IMG/VR virus record: IMGVR_UViG_3300043786_001845
Coordinates: 290-64,289 of that record
Strand: one strand, 5' to 3'
Length of the DNA: 64,000 bases
Source of the DNA: a virus
Taxonomy: Duplodnaviria; Caudoviricetes
Shown here: piece by piece, positions 1-9,607 of the stretch
Numbering within the stretch: position 1 is the first letter of the stretch
Layout: each line of letters begins with the position of its first letter
Notes under the pieces: generated by a model
What the model was told of the DNA's origin: nothing
The model's database searches: none
What the model saw: the letters and a program-made list of their open reading frames with translations, nothing else
Made by a program: the position numbers and the translations under genes

Positions 1-352
1 CAACTCCAATATTGGGGGTACCAATGTATTGCGCCCCCACCGCCAGCGTATTCCCGTCTGAGGACAAGGCGACAGACTTACCGAATACTTTATTTATCGC
101 TTCAGAACCCTGCAAACGGGCCTGCTGCGTCCACGTCGTCCCGGAGCGGACGAACACATACACGGAGCCAGCATCGGTACCGCCGGAGTTGTCGTCCCCG
201 TTCGCCCCCACCGCCATCGTGTTCCCGTCCGAGGACAGGGCGACGGAGTAGCCGAAGCTATCGAGTGCTGCCGCGTCCAAAGCCTGCACTCGGGTCTGCT
301 CCAGGTACATCGGCAACTCGGCACTTCCGAGAATGATGTTGAGAATGCTCAT
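1..352 (-). CDS. FG-GAP (integrin-alpha-like beta-propeller) repeat protein, N-terminal part; runs off the window start
   Basis: Hand translation from ATG 352: MSILNIILG...DSFGYSVALSSDGNTMAVGANGDD...GSVYVF...VFGKSVALSSDGNTLAVGA, i.e. two FG-GAP repeats. Not in the ORF track because the stop lies outside the window. Confidence 0.8.
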   Translation of the reverse strand, partial: MSILNIILGSAELPMYLEQTRVQALDAAALDSFGYSVALSSDGNTMAVGANGDDNSGGTDAGSVYVFVRSGTTWTQQARLQGSEAINKVFGKSVALSSDGNTLAVGAQYIGTPNIGV

Positions 353-487
353 TCCATGCTCCAATCAAACCTTACACAATACATCCACATTTTCGATTTC
401 ATGCTGTATTCCGGAATAAAGCTTATCCAGGAGCGATTGAGATTGTGTATCACTCCATCGAAACGGTTTCGATGGAGTGATTTCCCT

Positions 488-598
488 CTACCGATGAAGC
501 ACGTAGACATCGGCATTACCACTGCCGAAGAAATCATCCTGATGTGCTCCTACTACCATCGTGCTTCGAGATTCACACACTGGTCTGTCAAAATACAT
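488..598 (-). pseudogene. Short degenerate FG-GAP remnant
   Basis: 36-aa ORF MYFDRPVCESRSTMVVGAHQDDFFGSGNADVYVLHR resembles one repeat of the adjacent gene (TMAVGANGDDNSGGTDAGSVYVF). Confidence 0.4.
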
Positions 599-648
599 CG
601 ACACCTCGGCGGTACCGGTGATGAGGGTGGTAATCTCGTCGCCCTATC

Positions 649-3129
649 TCACAGCACATTTTTTGCGATGACAGTTCCGATCCACGATGAGCCGTCATGC
701 GAGTAGAAGCCGAGTACGTCCTTACCACTGACGGTCAGCGTCGGAGCCACGCCGCCCGCCCACTTCACGTCGCTCCACCAAGTAATGACGTGGCCTCCGC
801 CGTTGATGACCTCCAGAATGAAGGAGTCCACCACGCTGTCGCCGGACTTGTTCTGGAGGGTGAACGTCGTCGCTCCGGTGACGGTCTTCGTGAAGACGTT
901 GCCGGCGCTCACGTCCACTATCGTGTTGACGGTGTCGGGTCGCTTCAGCTTGACAGCACTGTTGGCGATGATGTTCCCGGTCAGATTCGTGAACGGGATG
1001 GCGATGTTCGCAGATCCGTCGAAGGGTACACCCGCGATGTTGACGGCCGTCTGCAGCTTCGTCGCCGTCGCAGCGTTGCCGGTGATCGTCGTCTGGGCCG
1101 GGTGGACGTGGTCGGAGCGAGCGGCCGTCGCGGCGGTACCGGCAGCAGCGGTACCGGCAGCAGCGCCGGCCGTCAAGCCCAGCGTTAATGCATCGGTGAT
1201 GCCATATCCGGAAATCGTCGTCGGATTCGTGCCGGCGGTGACGCGGCCGTAGGCGTCCACGGAGACCGAGCGGTACGTGCTGGGGGTCACGCCGCTAGTG
1301 GCGAGGGAGACCTGCATCCCGCTTATGCTGATACCACTACCTGCCGTCACGGTGCCCGCGCCGCTGAACTGGGTCCACGTCACAGCAGTCGTGTCGACCG
1401 TTCCGCCCTGGTCGGACGTGCAGACCCAGCCGGTGTCCTTATTCACTGTGCCCTGCTCGACGAAGACGAACGCCCCGGGGAATTCGCCCCAGTAACTCAT
1501 TTCGGCAACTCGAGTCCACGCACCAGAAGCTGCTTCGTAAATACCGTTCTGCGATGGAACCGTCTGGTTTTTCACCAGCACGCGGACGCTGCTCCCGACT
1601 GAGACGCCGTCGATAGTCTGGGAAGAGCCTGACAAAGTGATATTAGCCGTCGTGGCAACGCGGACGCTGCCCTTCGGGGTCAGACCGGTGGCCACCGTGT
1701 CCACGTATTGCTTCGTGGCTGCGTGCATGGCGCTCATGGGATCAACATATAGCGTCAGATTGCCGGTCATCACCCCGCCAGACAGCGGCAGCTTCGTCGG
1801 ATCGGCGACGATCAACCCGGGCCCGCTGAACTGGGTCCACGTCACAGCAGTCGTGTCGACCGTTCCGCCCTGGTCGGACGTGCAGACCCAGCCGGTGTCC
1901 TTATTCACTGTGCCCTGCTCGACGAAGACGAACGCCCCGGGGAATTCGCCCCAGCTATCCAAGTCGGCAGCGCGCGTCCACGTGGTGGGTGCCACCACGT
2001 AGATGCCGTTCTGCGACGGCGTCGTCTGATTCTTCACCAGCACGCGGTCGCCGGTCGCGACGGAGATACCGTCAATGGTCTGCCCGCCGCTCAGAGTGAT
2101 GTTGCCAATCGTGGCAACGCGGACGCCATTGCTGGCTGCCATTCCCGGCCCGCTGAACTGCTTCCAGGAAACAACCGATGCTTCAAGTATGTCCGTACTG
2201 TTAGCTGTGCAAACCCATCCCGTGTCCGCGTTGACCGTGCCCTCCGCGACGAAGCAGTGCGCCCCTACGAGCTCAGCGGTGGTATTAGCATCGGCAGCTC
2301 GAGTCCACGTACTGGGATCCACCACGTAGATACCGTTCTTCGACGAAGTCGTCTGATTCTTCACCAGCACGCGGTCGCCGGTCGCGACGGAGATACCGTC
2401 AATGGTCTGCCCGCCGCTCAGAGTGATGTTGCCAATCGTGGCAACGCGGACGGCGCTCTTCGGGCCGAGGCCGGTGACCATGTTGTCCACGTACTTCTTC
2501 GTGGCCGCGTGCAGGTCGACGGTCGGGTCCCCGCTCAGCGTCAGGGCGCCAGTCATCGTCCCGCCGGCCAGGGGCAGCACCTTCTCCAGAGCGTTCTGCA
2601 CCGTAGTGGTGGAGGGTAGGCCGGTGATCGCGCCGATGGTGATGGCTGCTGCCTGGCCGCCGAAGCCGCCGTTCGCCATGAAGAAGCGGTTGACCAGCTG
2701 CTGGGCGAACGTCGAGGTGAAGTTGCCCGGGAGCGCGTCGGGGAGCGGGAAGATGACCGGCATCCCGCCGACCTCTTCGAAGAGGACGCCGACGCCGTTC
2801 GGGATTGCGGAGTCGCCGCCCTGGTTCGGGTCGAGGGCTGCGTTCATCGCCCCATGGGCGTCTTCGAGCACGCAAGCCACGGTGCCGGCGGTCTGCGAGG
2901 TGACGGACTTCACACGGAGACACGCGCCGGAGTTCGACGTAGAGACCCAGTCTCCGACTTTCACATCCCGGCCGTCGTAGAAACCACCGTTGCCGAAAGT
3001 CAAGGAGCTGTGGGGCTGCGGAGTAATCGACAGGCTGGCGTTCCACGCGACCGGGGAGCCGTTGACGCTGGCGGAGACGGAGCCGAAGGTGCAGAACACC
3101 TTCAAGAGTTTGGCTGGCTTAGTTGCCAT
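649..3129 (-). CDS. Tail fibre / virion appendage protein with three internal repeats
   Basis: 826 aa, G/T/A/V-rich; three VRVAT..NITLSG.QTIDG..V..GDRVLVKNQT..S.NGIY units; LPL.GG.MTG.LTL and VSVDAYGRVT fibre motifs. Confidence 0.8.
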   Translation of the reverse strand: MATKPAKLLKVFCTFGSVSASVNGSPVAWNASLSITPQPHSSLTFGNGGFYDGRDVKVGDWVSTSNSGACLRVKSVTSQTAGTVACVLEDAHGAMNAALDPNQGGDSAIPNGVGVLFEEVGGMPVIFPLPDALPGNFTSTFAQQLVNRFFMANGGFGGQAAAITIGAITGLPSTTTVQNALEKVLPLAGGTMTGALTLSGDPTVDLHAATKKYVDNMVTGLGPKSAVRVATIGNITLSGGQTIDGISVATGDRVLVKNQTTSSKNGIYVVDPSTWTRAADANTTAELVGAHCFVAEGTVNADTGWVCTANSTDILEASVVSWKQFSGPGMAASNGVRVATIGNITLSGGQTIDGISVATGDRVLVKNQTTPSQNGIYVVAPTTWTRAADLDSWGEFPGAFVFVEQGTVNKDTGWVCTSDQGGTVDTTAVTWTQFSGPGLIVADPTKLPLSGGVMTGNLTLYVDPMSAMHAATKQYVDTVATGLTPKGSVRVATTANITLSGSSQTIDGVSVGSSVRVLVKNQTVPSQNGIYEAASGAWTRVAEMSYWGEFPGAFVFVEQGTVNKDTGWVCTSDQGGTVDTTAVTWTQFSGAGTVTAGSGISISGMQVSLATSGVTPSTYRSVSVDAYGRVTAGTNPTTISGYGITDALTLGLTAGAAAGTAAAGTAATAARSDHVHPAQTTITGNAATATKLQTAVNIAGVPFDGSANIAIPFTNLTGNIIANSAVKLKRPDTVNTIVDVSAGNVFTKTVTGATTFTLQNKSGDSVVDSFILEVINGGGHVITWWSDVKWAGGVAPTLTVSGKDVLGFYSHDGSSWIGTVIAKNVL
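1361..1954. repeat. Identical ~132-bp direct repeat (1361-1492 = 1823-1954)
   Basis: Base-by-base comparison by eye. Confidence 0.85.
2021..2452. repeat. Identical ~105-bp direct repeat (2021-2125 = 2348-2452)
   Basis: Base-by-base comparison by eye. Confidence 0.85.
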
Positions 3130-3155
3130 TAGATTCTCCAGATGTAGTCACTGTA

Positions 3156-4481
3156 TCAAAAGAAGACGTTGATGATCGCCTTGCCGCCGAGGTCTGCCGC
3201 CGCCACGCTGGTGGTGAGCGCGAACGTGAATTTCGTCGTGCTCGCGGAGTCCAGGATCGTCAGCTCGTTGGCAGCGGTCGGGAAGCGGAACCGCCAGGTG
3301 GCAGTACCCGAACCAGTGTTGTATCCCATGTAGCTCACCATGGCCGGGGCGCGGCCGACGGTGTGGGTGATCGTCACGTAGCTCCCGCTGAAAGTCGCAC
3401 TCCAGCCGGCCGGGAGGGATCCGATGATGGACGTCGGATCCATATTGGTGAACTGGACTGTGAACTTGTACGCCAGCATGACGTCGGCCGGCTTGTTGGC
3501 GATGTCAGCCCAGTCGACGTCGCCCCAGGAGATGGTACCGGCCGTCGCGCCGGCCTTCAGCACCTTCTTGTTGTTGGTCGTTCCGGTGGCCGGCACGTGC
3601 AGATTGCCGTCGCCCGCCGGGTGCGAGTACGCGGTTGGCAAGCCAGTGAGGTTCGCGTACGGAATGGCGATGTTCGCGGAACCGTCAAAAGACACTCCCG
3701 CGATGGTCCGCGCCGTCTGCAGCTTCGTGGCCGTCGCAGCGTTGCCAGACACAGAGGTCTGGGCTGGGTGGACGTGGTCGGAGCGGGCGGCGGTTGTCGC
3801 GGTGCCGGCGGCGGCGGTGCCGGCGGCGGTGCCGGCGACCGAGCCCAGCGCCAGAGCGTCATTGATGCCATAGCCGGAGATCGTCGTCGGCTTCCCCGTC
3901 ACGCTCGTCCAGGTCGGGGCTGCGCCGGCCGCGCTCGCTACCTCGACCAGGGCCGCCTGGACCGTGGTGGCGACCAGACCGGGGATCGCGTCGATGGCGA
4001 CGGCCGCCGCCTTGCCGCCGAAGCCGCCGTTCGCTGTGAAGAAGCGGTTGATCAGCTGCTGGGCGAACGTCGGAGTGAAGACGCCGGGGAGGGCCTCGGG
4101 GAGCGGGAAGATGACCGGCATCCCGTTGACCTCCTCGAAGACGACGCCCTCTCCGCTCGGAATCGCGGAGTCACCACCCTGGTTCGGGTCGAGGACGGCG
4201 TTCATCGCCTCGTGGGCGTCCTCGACGACGGCGACCACGGTGGTCGAGTTCTGAGATCCGATGGTCTTGATGCGGAGGCAGTTTCCTCCGTTGGATGTCG
4301 CCAGCCAGTCGCCGACTTTCACGTCGCGCCCGTCGTAGTACATCCCATGGCCGTTGTTCGGGTCGGAGTGGGGCTGGGGCGTGACAACGAGGGTGACGTT
4401 CCAGGACCGCGCCGGGGCAGTCCCGACCACGGTCCCGAAGGTTACGTACACGCGCAGCAGCTTGGCCGCTTTGATTGACAT
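3156..4481 (-). CDS. Tail fibre-like protein, mosaic paralog
   Basis: N-terminal ~190 aa paralogous to 649..3129; shares AARSDHVHPAQT..GNAATATKLQTA; C-terminal domain paralogous to 4500..5795. Confidence 0.75.
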   Translation of the reverse strand: MSIKAAKLLRVYVTFGTVVGTAPARSWNVTLVVTPQPHSDPNNGHGMYYDGRDVKVGDWLATSNGGNCLRIKTIGSQNSTTVVAVVEDAHEAMNAVLDPNQGGDSAIPSGEGVVFEEVNGMPVIFPLPEALPGVFTPTFAQQLINRFFTANGGFGGKAAAVAIDAIPGLVATTVQAALVEVASAAGAAPTWTSVTGKPTTISGYGINDALALGSVAGTAAGTAAAGTATTAARSDHVHPAQTSVSGNAATATKLQTARTIAGVSFDGSANIAIPYANLTGLPTAYSHPAGDGNLHVPATGTTNNKKVLKAGATAGTISWGDVDWADIANKPADVMLAYKFTVQFTNMDPTSIIGSLPAGWSATFSGSYVTITHTVGRAPAMVSYMGYNTGSGTATWRFRFPTAANELTILDSASTTKFTFALTTSVAAADLGGKAIINVFF

Positions 4482-4499
4482 GGATTACTCCTTGGAAGC

Positions 4500-5795
4500 T
4501 CAGAATTGGACGGTCACGAGGGCCTTGCCGCCGAGGTCGGCCGCGGAGATGCTCGTGTTGAGGACGAACGAGAACACGCTCGTCTTCGAGGCGTCGACCA
4601 CCAGCATCTCGTTCGCGGCCGTCGGCAGGCGATAGCGCCACGTCGGAGTGCCGGAGCCAGTGTTGTAGCCGAAGTACGAAATCGAGGTGGGCATCTTCGC
4701 CACGGAGTGGGTGATCTGCAAGGTGGTACCGCTGATCGATGCGCTCCATCCGGCTGGAAGGCCGGTCACGGAGCCCGGGTCGGAGCCCGTGAAGTTCACC
4801 TGGAAGGTGAACGAGCGTGTGCCAGAGGACGGCAGATTGGCCTCGGAAATGCGCGCGTTGGCATCCAGCCCGGCCACGCCGTTGGCGACGCCGATGGACG
4901 CGGAGAGGATGGCGTCGGCAGCAGCGGGGAGCTGGGATGTCGGAACCTTCCCGGTGGAATCCAGGGACGCCACGCCATTGGCGGCGCCGCGGGTGGTGGT
5001 GGCTAGGGCGCCGACGTCGGTCGCGCTCAGTGTGACGCTGCCGCCAGTTTTACCATTCACGCTGGCGATGAACTTCGTGTCGAGGTAGCCGTAGAGCGCG
5101 GACTTCATGCGGCCGTTGCTCTCGACGGTGAAGACCGACGCGCCCGCGACCGAGACGCTGAGGGAGCCGCCGGTACCGAGGTCGAAGTACGAACTGACGG
5201 CGGCGATGCGGAGGGAGCCGCTGACTTCGGAGAGGGAGCCGGCGGTGCCGACGCTCAGCGAGGTGACCGAGGCATCACCGGCCACACCGCCGCCGCCACT
5301 GCCGCCCTCGGAGCCGATCTTCTTGAAGGCGACGGCGGAGCTACCGAGAGTGCCGCCGCGGTCGGACGTGCACATCCACAGGGTGTCACCACCGATGGCG
5401 CCCTGCTCGACGACGACGAGTGTGCCGGCGAGGGAGTCCATGTCGCCGATGCCGACGTAACGCACCCAGGCGGAGACGGCAGCGTAGTAGAGGCCGTTCT
5501 TCGTGATGTCAGACTGGTCCTTCACCATCACCAGATCCTTGTCCTGCAGGAAGACGCCGTCGATGCTCTGCAGCCCGGCCAGCGTGATGGGAGCGGTGGA
5601 AGCTGCGCGGACCTTGACGGAGTTGGCCGCGTTCCCGATACTGATCAGGGGCGCGCTGTTGTCGCCGTCGGGGCGCTTGACGAGGGAGTTCGTCTCGATA
5701 GCGATGGCGACCTCGCCCTCGGCGAGACCCACGGGCGGTGCGGAGGAGAGGACGGCAAAAGGAGCGCGCCAGATCTTGAGTTGGATGCGTGCCAT
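4500..5795 (-). CDS. Tail fibre-like protein
   Basis: One copy of the VRAAST..ITL.G.QSIDG..DLVMVKDQ..NGLY repeat; SVNGKTG and GAANGVASLD..GKVP fibre motifs. Start taken at MARIQLK. Confidence 0.7.
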   Translation of the reverse strand: MARIQLKIWRAPFAVLSSAPPVGLAEGEVAIAIETNSLVKRPDGDNSAPLISIGNAANSVKVRAASTAPITLAGLQSIDGVFLQDKDLVMVKDQSDITKNGLYYAAVSAWVRYVGIGDMDSLAGTLVVVEQGAIGGDTLWMCTSDRGGTLGSSAVAFKKIGSEGGSGGGGVAGDASVTSLSVGTAGSLSEVSGSLRIAAVSSYFDLGTGGSLSVSVAGASVFTVESNGRMKSALYGYLDTKFIASVNGKTGGSVTLSATDVGALATTTRGAANGVASLDSTGKVPTSQLPAAADAILSASIGVANGVAGLDANARISEANLPSSGTRSFTFQVNFTGSDPGSVTGLPAGWSASISGTTLQITHSVAKMPTSISYFGYNTGSGTPTWRYRLPTAANEMLVVDASKTSVFSFVLNTSISAADLGGKALVTVQF

Positions 5796-5894
5796 ACGAA
5801 GGGTTCCTTTATCACAATTTGAATGAATGAAGTACATGGCGACTGCGGTCGCGGTCGCTTCTCAGACTTGCTCGGACGTGTCAGGGGGCGCTTT

Positions 5895-8318
5895 TCATCC
5901 ACCCTCCCGGAGGTCTAGGTCGACGTTGCCGAAATCCCCGATGAACTGCGGCGACCCTCTGGCGTCAACGACTACCAGGAGTGGCTCACGCCACCACGGC
6001 TCGGTGGCCGATGGGGGTTCTGCCAGACCACGCAAATCAACGATCGTCCCAAGCGAAGCGACAAACTCGGCCGATGGGTACGTCACGATGGTGGCGTCCT
6101 CGGCGTCCCCGCGCAGGTCCGCCGGAACGGTCGCCAAGCCGGGACCGAAGAGCTGCTCGCGCCCGTCCAGGACCACGTTCCCCTCGTCGTCGCGCCGCCA
6201 CGGGGCCAGTGCGACGGGGACGCCGACGTTGCGGGCGTCAGCCGTCAGTCCGATGGCACTGACGAACTCGCTCGACGGGTACGGAGCGGCAGCGCCGATC
6301 ATCGTCTCCGGGGAGCGGAAATCGGCGGCGGAGCTCGTGTCTATCAGATGGTACTGCTCGCGCCCGTCCAGGACCACGTTCCCCGCGTCGTCGCGCCGCC
6401 AGTCATTCAAGAAGTACGAAGGTGGCGTCCCGCGCGCGTCGGCCGTGCTGCCAAGAGCGATCACGAAAGCCGCGGAGGTATATGGAACGACGGTCTGCTC
6501 GGCGTAGATCTCGCCGCGGAAGTCGAGCGAGACATTCACCGTCGGCCCGTGGTCCTGAGGGCGGCAGTCGAGATCAATCCTACCTCCCTGCCGCCACGGC
6601 CCCATTGCTCCCGTCCCTCCGCCGTCCCTCCCCCAGAAATAAGTCGCTGGAAAGTGGCGACGGTCTCGGCGCGGCAGCACGCCGCTCGGAAGCGGCGGCG
6701 TCGGGTGGTTACGGCGGTGGATCTCGACGAGATCCCACATGTCAGTGCGGCAGGGTGTATAGCCGGCACATGGATCCGCGCCCTCTCGGAAGTCAGCAGT
6801 GCCCTCTTCGTGAGCCCCCTCGCGGAGGTCCATCGCCCCGACTCCACCGGGCCCGTCGGAGCGGAAGTCTCCACTGTACCACTCGCGGCTGAAGGAGCCG
6901 TCCGGCGGCACGGCTCCGACGGTCCTGGCGAAGCGCTCGAGGACTGTCGGGACCTCCGTCTGGCGCATGGCCGACTCGAGGGTCTCCGGCGAGAAGACGA
7001 ACCTCGCCCGGTACCGGAACTCGTCCCGGTCCCGCAGGCCGTCGAAGTGGAGCGCCAGATTGTCAGCGACGGTCTCGATGCCGTCACCGGCCAGCTCCAG
7101 GAACCCGGAGGAGAAGACCAGGCCCACGTTCTCGACGAGCCTCAGGCGACGAGCACGCGGGTCGAATCGCACCACCGCGTCGGCGTTGGGGACCGCATCC
7201 CTGACCATCTCGATAGAGGAGTCGTCGTCGCGCGGGGCGCCCGACACGGCAAGAAGATGGACGTCGCCGTAGTGGACGTCCTCGAAGACGATTCGCGGTG
7301 GGACGTCCGGAAACTCCGGGTCGCCCAGCTCCAGCCAGTAGTCGACGCCGTGCGTCAGGAGGCGCCCGCCAGCCCAGACGTCGACGTCGTCCGGCTCGTA
7401 GACGGGAGCCGGCATCCCGGTGCCGTCGACCAGATCGATCTTCCAGATGCTCTCGTCCGGGGCGACCGCTGCGTCCACTTCGTACTTCCAGAACTCGGCC
7501 GAGTCGACCGCCACGAACTCGTAGCCGCCAGACGCATACTCGCCGACGATGCCGAACACCGCCAGATCGTAGGCCGGGGTCGCACGCACAGACCAGGCAG
7601 ACCGCGGGACCGGGCGATAGTAGGCGTCACCAGATCTCCTGGTGAACAAGCGATAGTACCGAACGTCGTGGACGTGCCCCAAGTCGCCGAGGCGAAAGAC
7701 CACGGAGGCGACGGCAGAGCCGTCGGGCGCCGGCGCCTCGGCAGTTGCCGATTTGCCGGGAGGGATGGACGGGAAGGACGCCCCACGCTCGTTGAACTTT
7801 CGCAGGACAACCACGCGGACGCGCGTCCCGACGGTGACGAGCACCTCGCGGACATATACCGCGAAGCCGCCCTGAGAGGGATGGACGTGGTAGTCGCTCG
7901 GTCGGACGAGCGCGCCGTCGACGAACACGAGCAGTTGAATCGCCGCAGCGAGGAGCTCGCTGCCGCAGTCGTTGCAGTACAGAACCGTGCGGGCCTCTGG
8001 GAACCCGAGCTCCGCCCCGGCTGGGTCGTAACCGCGCCTGTAGCGCAGGGCGACTAGGTCGGTCTGGGAGAGGGTGAACTTCTTCGAGTACGCCACCTCC
8101 CAGAACGGGAGGACGAAGTCTCGGAAGTGGGTTCCGTCCGGCTGTGACGCGTAGACGGCGCTGAGCGCCATCGCGGTCGTCCTCTGGTTGGACCGGATCG
8201 CGGCGAAGCGCGCGTTCAGACCCTCGACGCTGATCTCATTCTCGTCGGCCAGACCGGTGAGCAGCTGCTCCGGGTAGAGCCGGTCGAAGAGGTCGACGTA
8301 ATTGACAGGTGTCAGCAT
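5895..8318 (-). CDS. Large putative virion structural protein
   Basis: 807 aa from MLTPVNY, just downstream of a late-promoter motif; C-terminal repeat WRRDD.GNVVLDGREQ x2. The track's extension to 8693 overlaps the lysin and is unlikely. Confidence 0.6.
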   Translation of the reverse strand: MLTPVNYVDLFDRLYPEQLLTGLADENEISVEGLNARFAAIRSNQRTTAMALSAVYASQPDGTHFRDFVLPFWEVAYSKKFTLSQTDLVALRYRRGYDPAGAELGFPEARTVLYCNDCGSELLAAAIQLLVFVDGALVRPSDYHVHPSQGGFAVYVREVLVTVGTRVRVVVLRKFNERGASFPSIPPGKSATAEAPAPDGSAVASVVFRLGDLGHVHDVRYYRLFTRRSGDAYYRPVPRSAWSVRATPAYDLAVFGIVGEYASGGYEFVAVDSAEFWKYEVDAAVAPDESIWKIDLVDGTGMPAPVYEPDDVDVWAGGRLLTHGVDYWLELGDPEFPDVPPRIVFEDVHYGDVHLLAVSGAPRDDDSSIEMVRDAVPNADAVVRFDPRARRLRLVENVGLVFSSGFLELAGDGIETVADNLALHFDGLRDRDEFRYRARFVFSPETLESAMRQTEVPTVLERFARTVGAVPPDGSFSREWYSGDFRSDGPGGVGAMDLREGAHEEGTADFREGADPCAGYTPCRTDMWDLVEIHRRNHPTPPLPSGVLPRRDRRHFPATYFWGRDGGGTGAMGPWRQGGRIDLDCRPQDHGPTVNVSLDFRGEIYAEQTVVPYTSAAFVIALGSTADARGTPPSYFLNDWRRDDAGNVVLDGREQYHLIDTSSAADFRSPETMIGAAAPYPSSEFVSAIGLTADARNVGVPVALAPWRRDDEGNVVLDGREQLFGPGLATVPADLRGDAEDATIVTYPSAEFVASLGTIVDLRGLAEPPSATEPWWREPLLVVVDARGSPQFIGDFGNVDLDLREGG

Positions 8319-8342
8319 TTCTACGTCCGTTTGAACTAAGAC

Positions 8343-8354
8343 TAAATCACTGTT
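8343..8354 (-). promoter_or_regulatory. Late promoter motif AACA-GTGATT-TA
   Basis: Matches AACA-N6-T(A/G), ~25 bp upstream of ATG 8318. Confidence 0.65.
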
Positions 8355-8412
8355 ACGCAGACCCATTTCTCGAGCGTTTCCCCGGTGGGGCAGCGCAGCA
8401 GGTCGAATTCCC

Positions 8413-8424
8413 AACAGAAACTTA
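8413..8424 (+). promoter_or_regulatory. Late promoter motif AACA-GAAACT-TA (lysis operon)
   Basis: Same motif, ~30 bp upstream of the endolysin ATG. Confidence 0.65.
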
Positions 8425-8453
8425 GACGGAAAGAGAAAAAGGAAAGGTGTGCA

Positions 8454-9128
8454 ATGATTCTGACCCAGAAACAACTTCTCAACATCATGCCGAGGGCCGG
8501 CGCGAGGGCCTCCTACTACATCGTCCCCCTGAACGCAGCCATGGAGCGTTTCGGCATAACAACCCCGCTGCGAGCCCAGATGTTCATCGCCCAGGTGGCG
8601 CACGAGAGCGGCGAGCTGCAGTACACGGTCGAGAATCTCAACTACTCGGCGCTCGGCCTGTGCCAGACCTGGCCTAAGCGATTCGCGGAGCACGACGCGA
8701 ATGGCAAGGCGTTTCCGTCCCGGCCGAACCAGCTCGCCGTCCGGATCGCACGAAACGCCGAGGCGATCGCTAACTACGTGTACGCGAACCGCATGGGCAA
8801 CGGCGACTCCGCATCCGGCGACGGGTGGGCGTACCGCGGGCGCGGCCTGATCCAGCTGACCGGCCGGGACAACTACGTGAGGGCCGCCGCCGGCACGGGC
8901 CGCCCGTACGTGGCCGAGCCGGCCCTGGTGGCCGAGCCGGATGACGCGGCAATGACCGCGGCCTGGTTCTGGGATGCCAACGGCCTGAGCAATTTCGCCG
9001 ACAAGAACGACTTCGATGGCGTGTGCGACGCCATCAACGTCGGACGGAAGACGGAGGCGATCGGCGACTCCATTGGATACAAGGAGCGCCTCGCCTACTT
9101 CAAACGGGCGCAGCAGCTGATCCCATGA
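8454..9128 (+). CDS. Glycoside hydrolase family 19 endolysin
   Basis: FIAQVAHESG, ENLNYS, YANRMGNG..SGDGWAYRGRGLIQLTGRDNY and AAWFW motifs. Confidence 0.92.
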   Translation: MILTQKQLLNIMPRAGARASYYIVPLNAAMERFGITTPLRAQMFIAQVAHESGELQYTVENLNYSALGLCQTWPKRFAEHDANGKAFPSRPNQLAVRIARNAEAIANYVYANRMGNGDSASGDGWAYRGRGLIQLTGRDNYVRAAAGTGRPYVAEPALVAEPDDAAMTAAWFWDANGLSNFADKNDFDGVCDAINVGRKTEAIGDSIGYKERLAYFKRAQQLIP

Positions 9129-9604
9129 GCGCTGCTCTCGACATCCCGGCGCTGACGGCGATGCTGTTCGCTGCTCTCGACATCCCGGCGCTGACGGCGA
9201 TGCTGTTCGGGGTCCTCCTCCTTGCCGTGTTGATAAAGTGGCACGTCGACGAGACTCCGTTCGACATACGCCACGTGCTCATCGACATCGAGACGGGGAG
9301 GGTCAGCCTGCACAAGTTCGGCCAGTTCCTGGCCCTGTTCACTTCCACCGGGCTCCTCTGGTACGAGGCGGTCAACGGCCGCCTCAGCGAGTGGCTGTTC
9401 GGCGGCTACATGGTGGCATGGGCCGGAGTGGCCCTCGGGAACTCATGGCTGAAGAACCAGAAGGGGTCTTCTTCCCCTGACTGGGAGGCGGGCAGGAGCA
9501 CGGAGCGGCGAGAAGCTGAGCGCCGACAGATGGCGGCAGAGGATTGGGAAGCCGACAGCGAGAATGCCCCGCAGCGGAGGCATTCCAGAAACGAGGAGGA
9601 CTGA
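9125..9604 (+). CDS. Putative holin
   Basis: About three hydrophobic segments and a charged C-terminal tail; ATGA overlap with the endolysin stop; lies between lysin and spanin. Confidence 0.65.
   Translation: MSAALDIPALTAMLFAALDIPALTAMLFGVLLLAVLIKWHVDETPFDIRHVLIDIETGRVSLHKFGQFLALFTSTGLLWYEAVNGRLSEWLFGGYMVAWAGVALGNSWLKNQKGSSSPDWEAGRSTERREAERRQMAAEDWEADSENAPQRRHSRNEED
9130..9208 (+). repeat. Perfect 39-bp tandem duplication (AALDIPALTAMLF x2)
   Basis: Read directly from the sequence. Confidence 0.9.
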
Positions 9605-9607
9605 AAG

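Noticed and set aside
1361-2452. Tail fibre repeats as a diversity-generating retroelement TR/VR pair
   Set aside because: The copies are identical, with no adenine-specific mismatches, both are in-frame coding, and there is no reverse transcriptase in the window.
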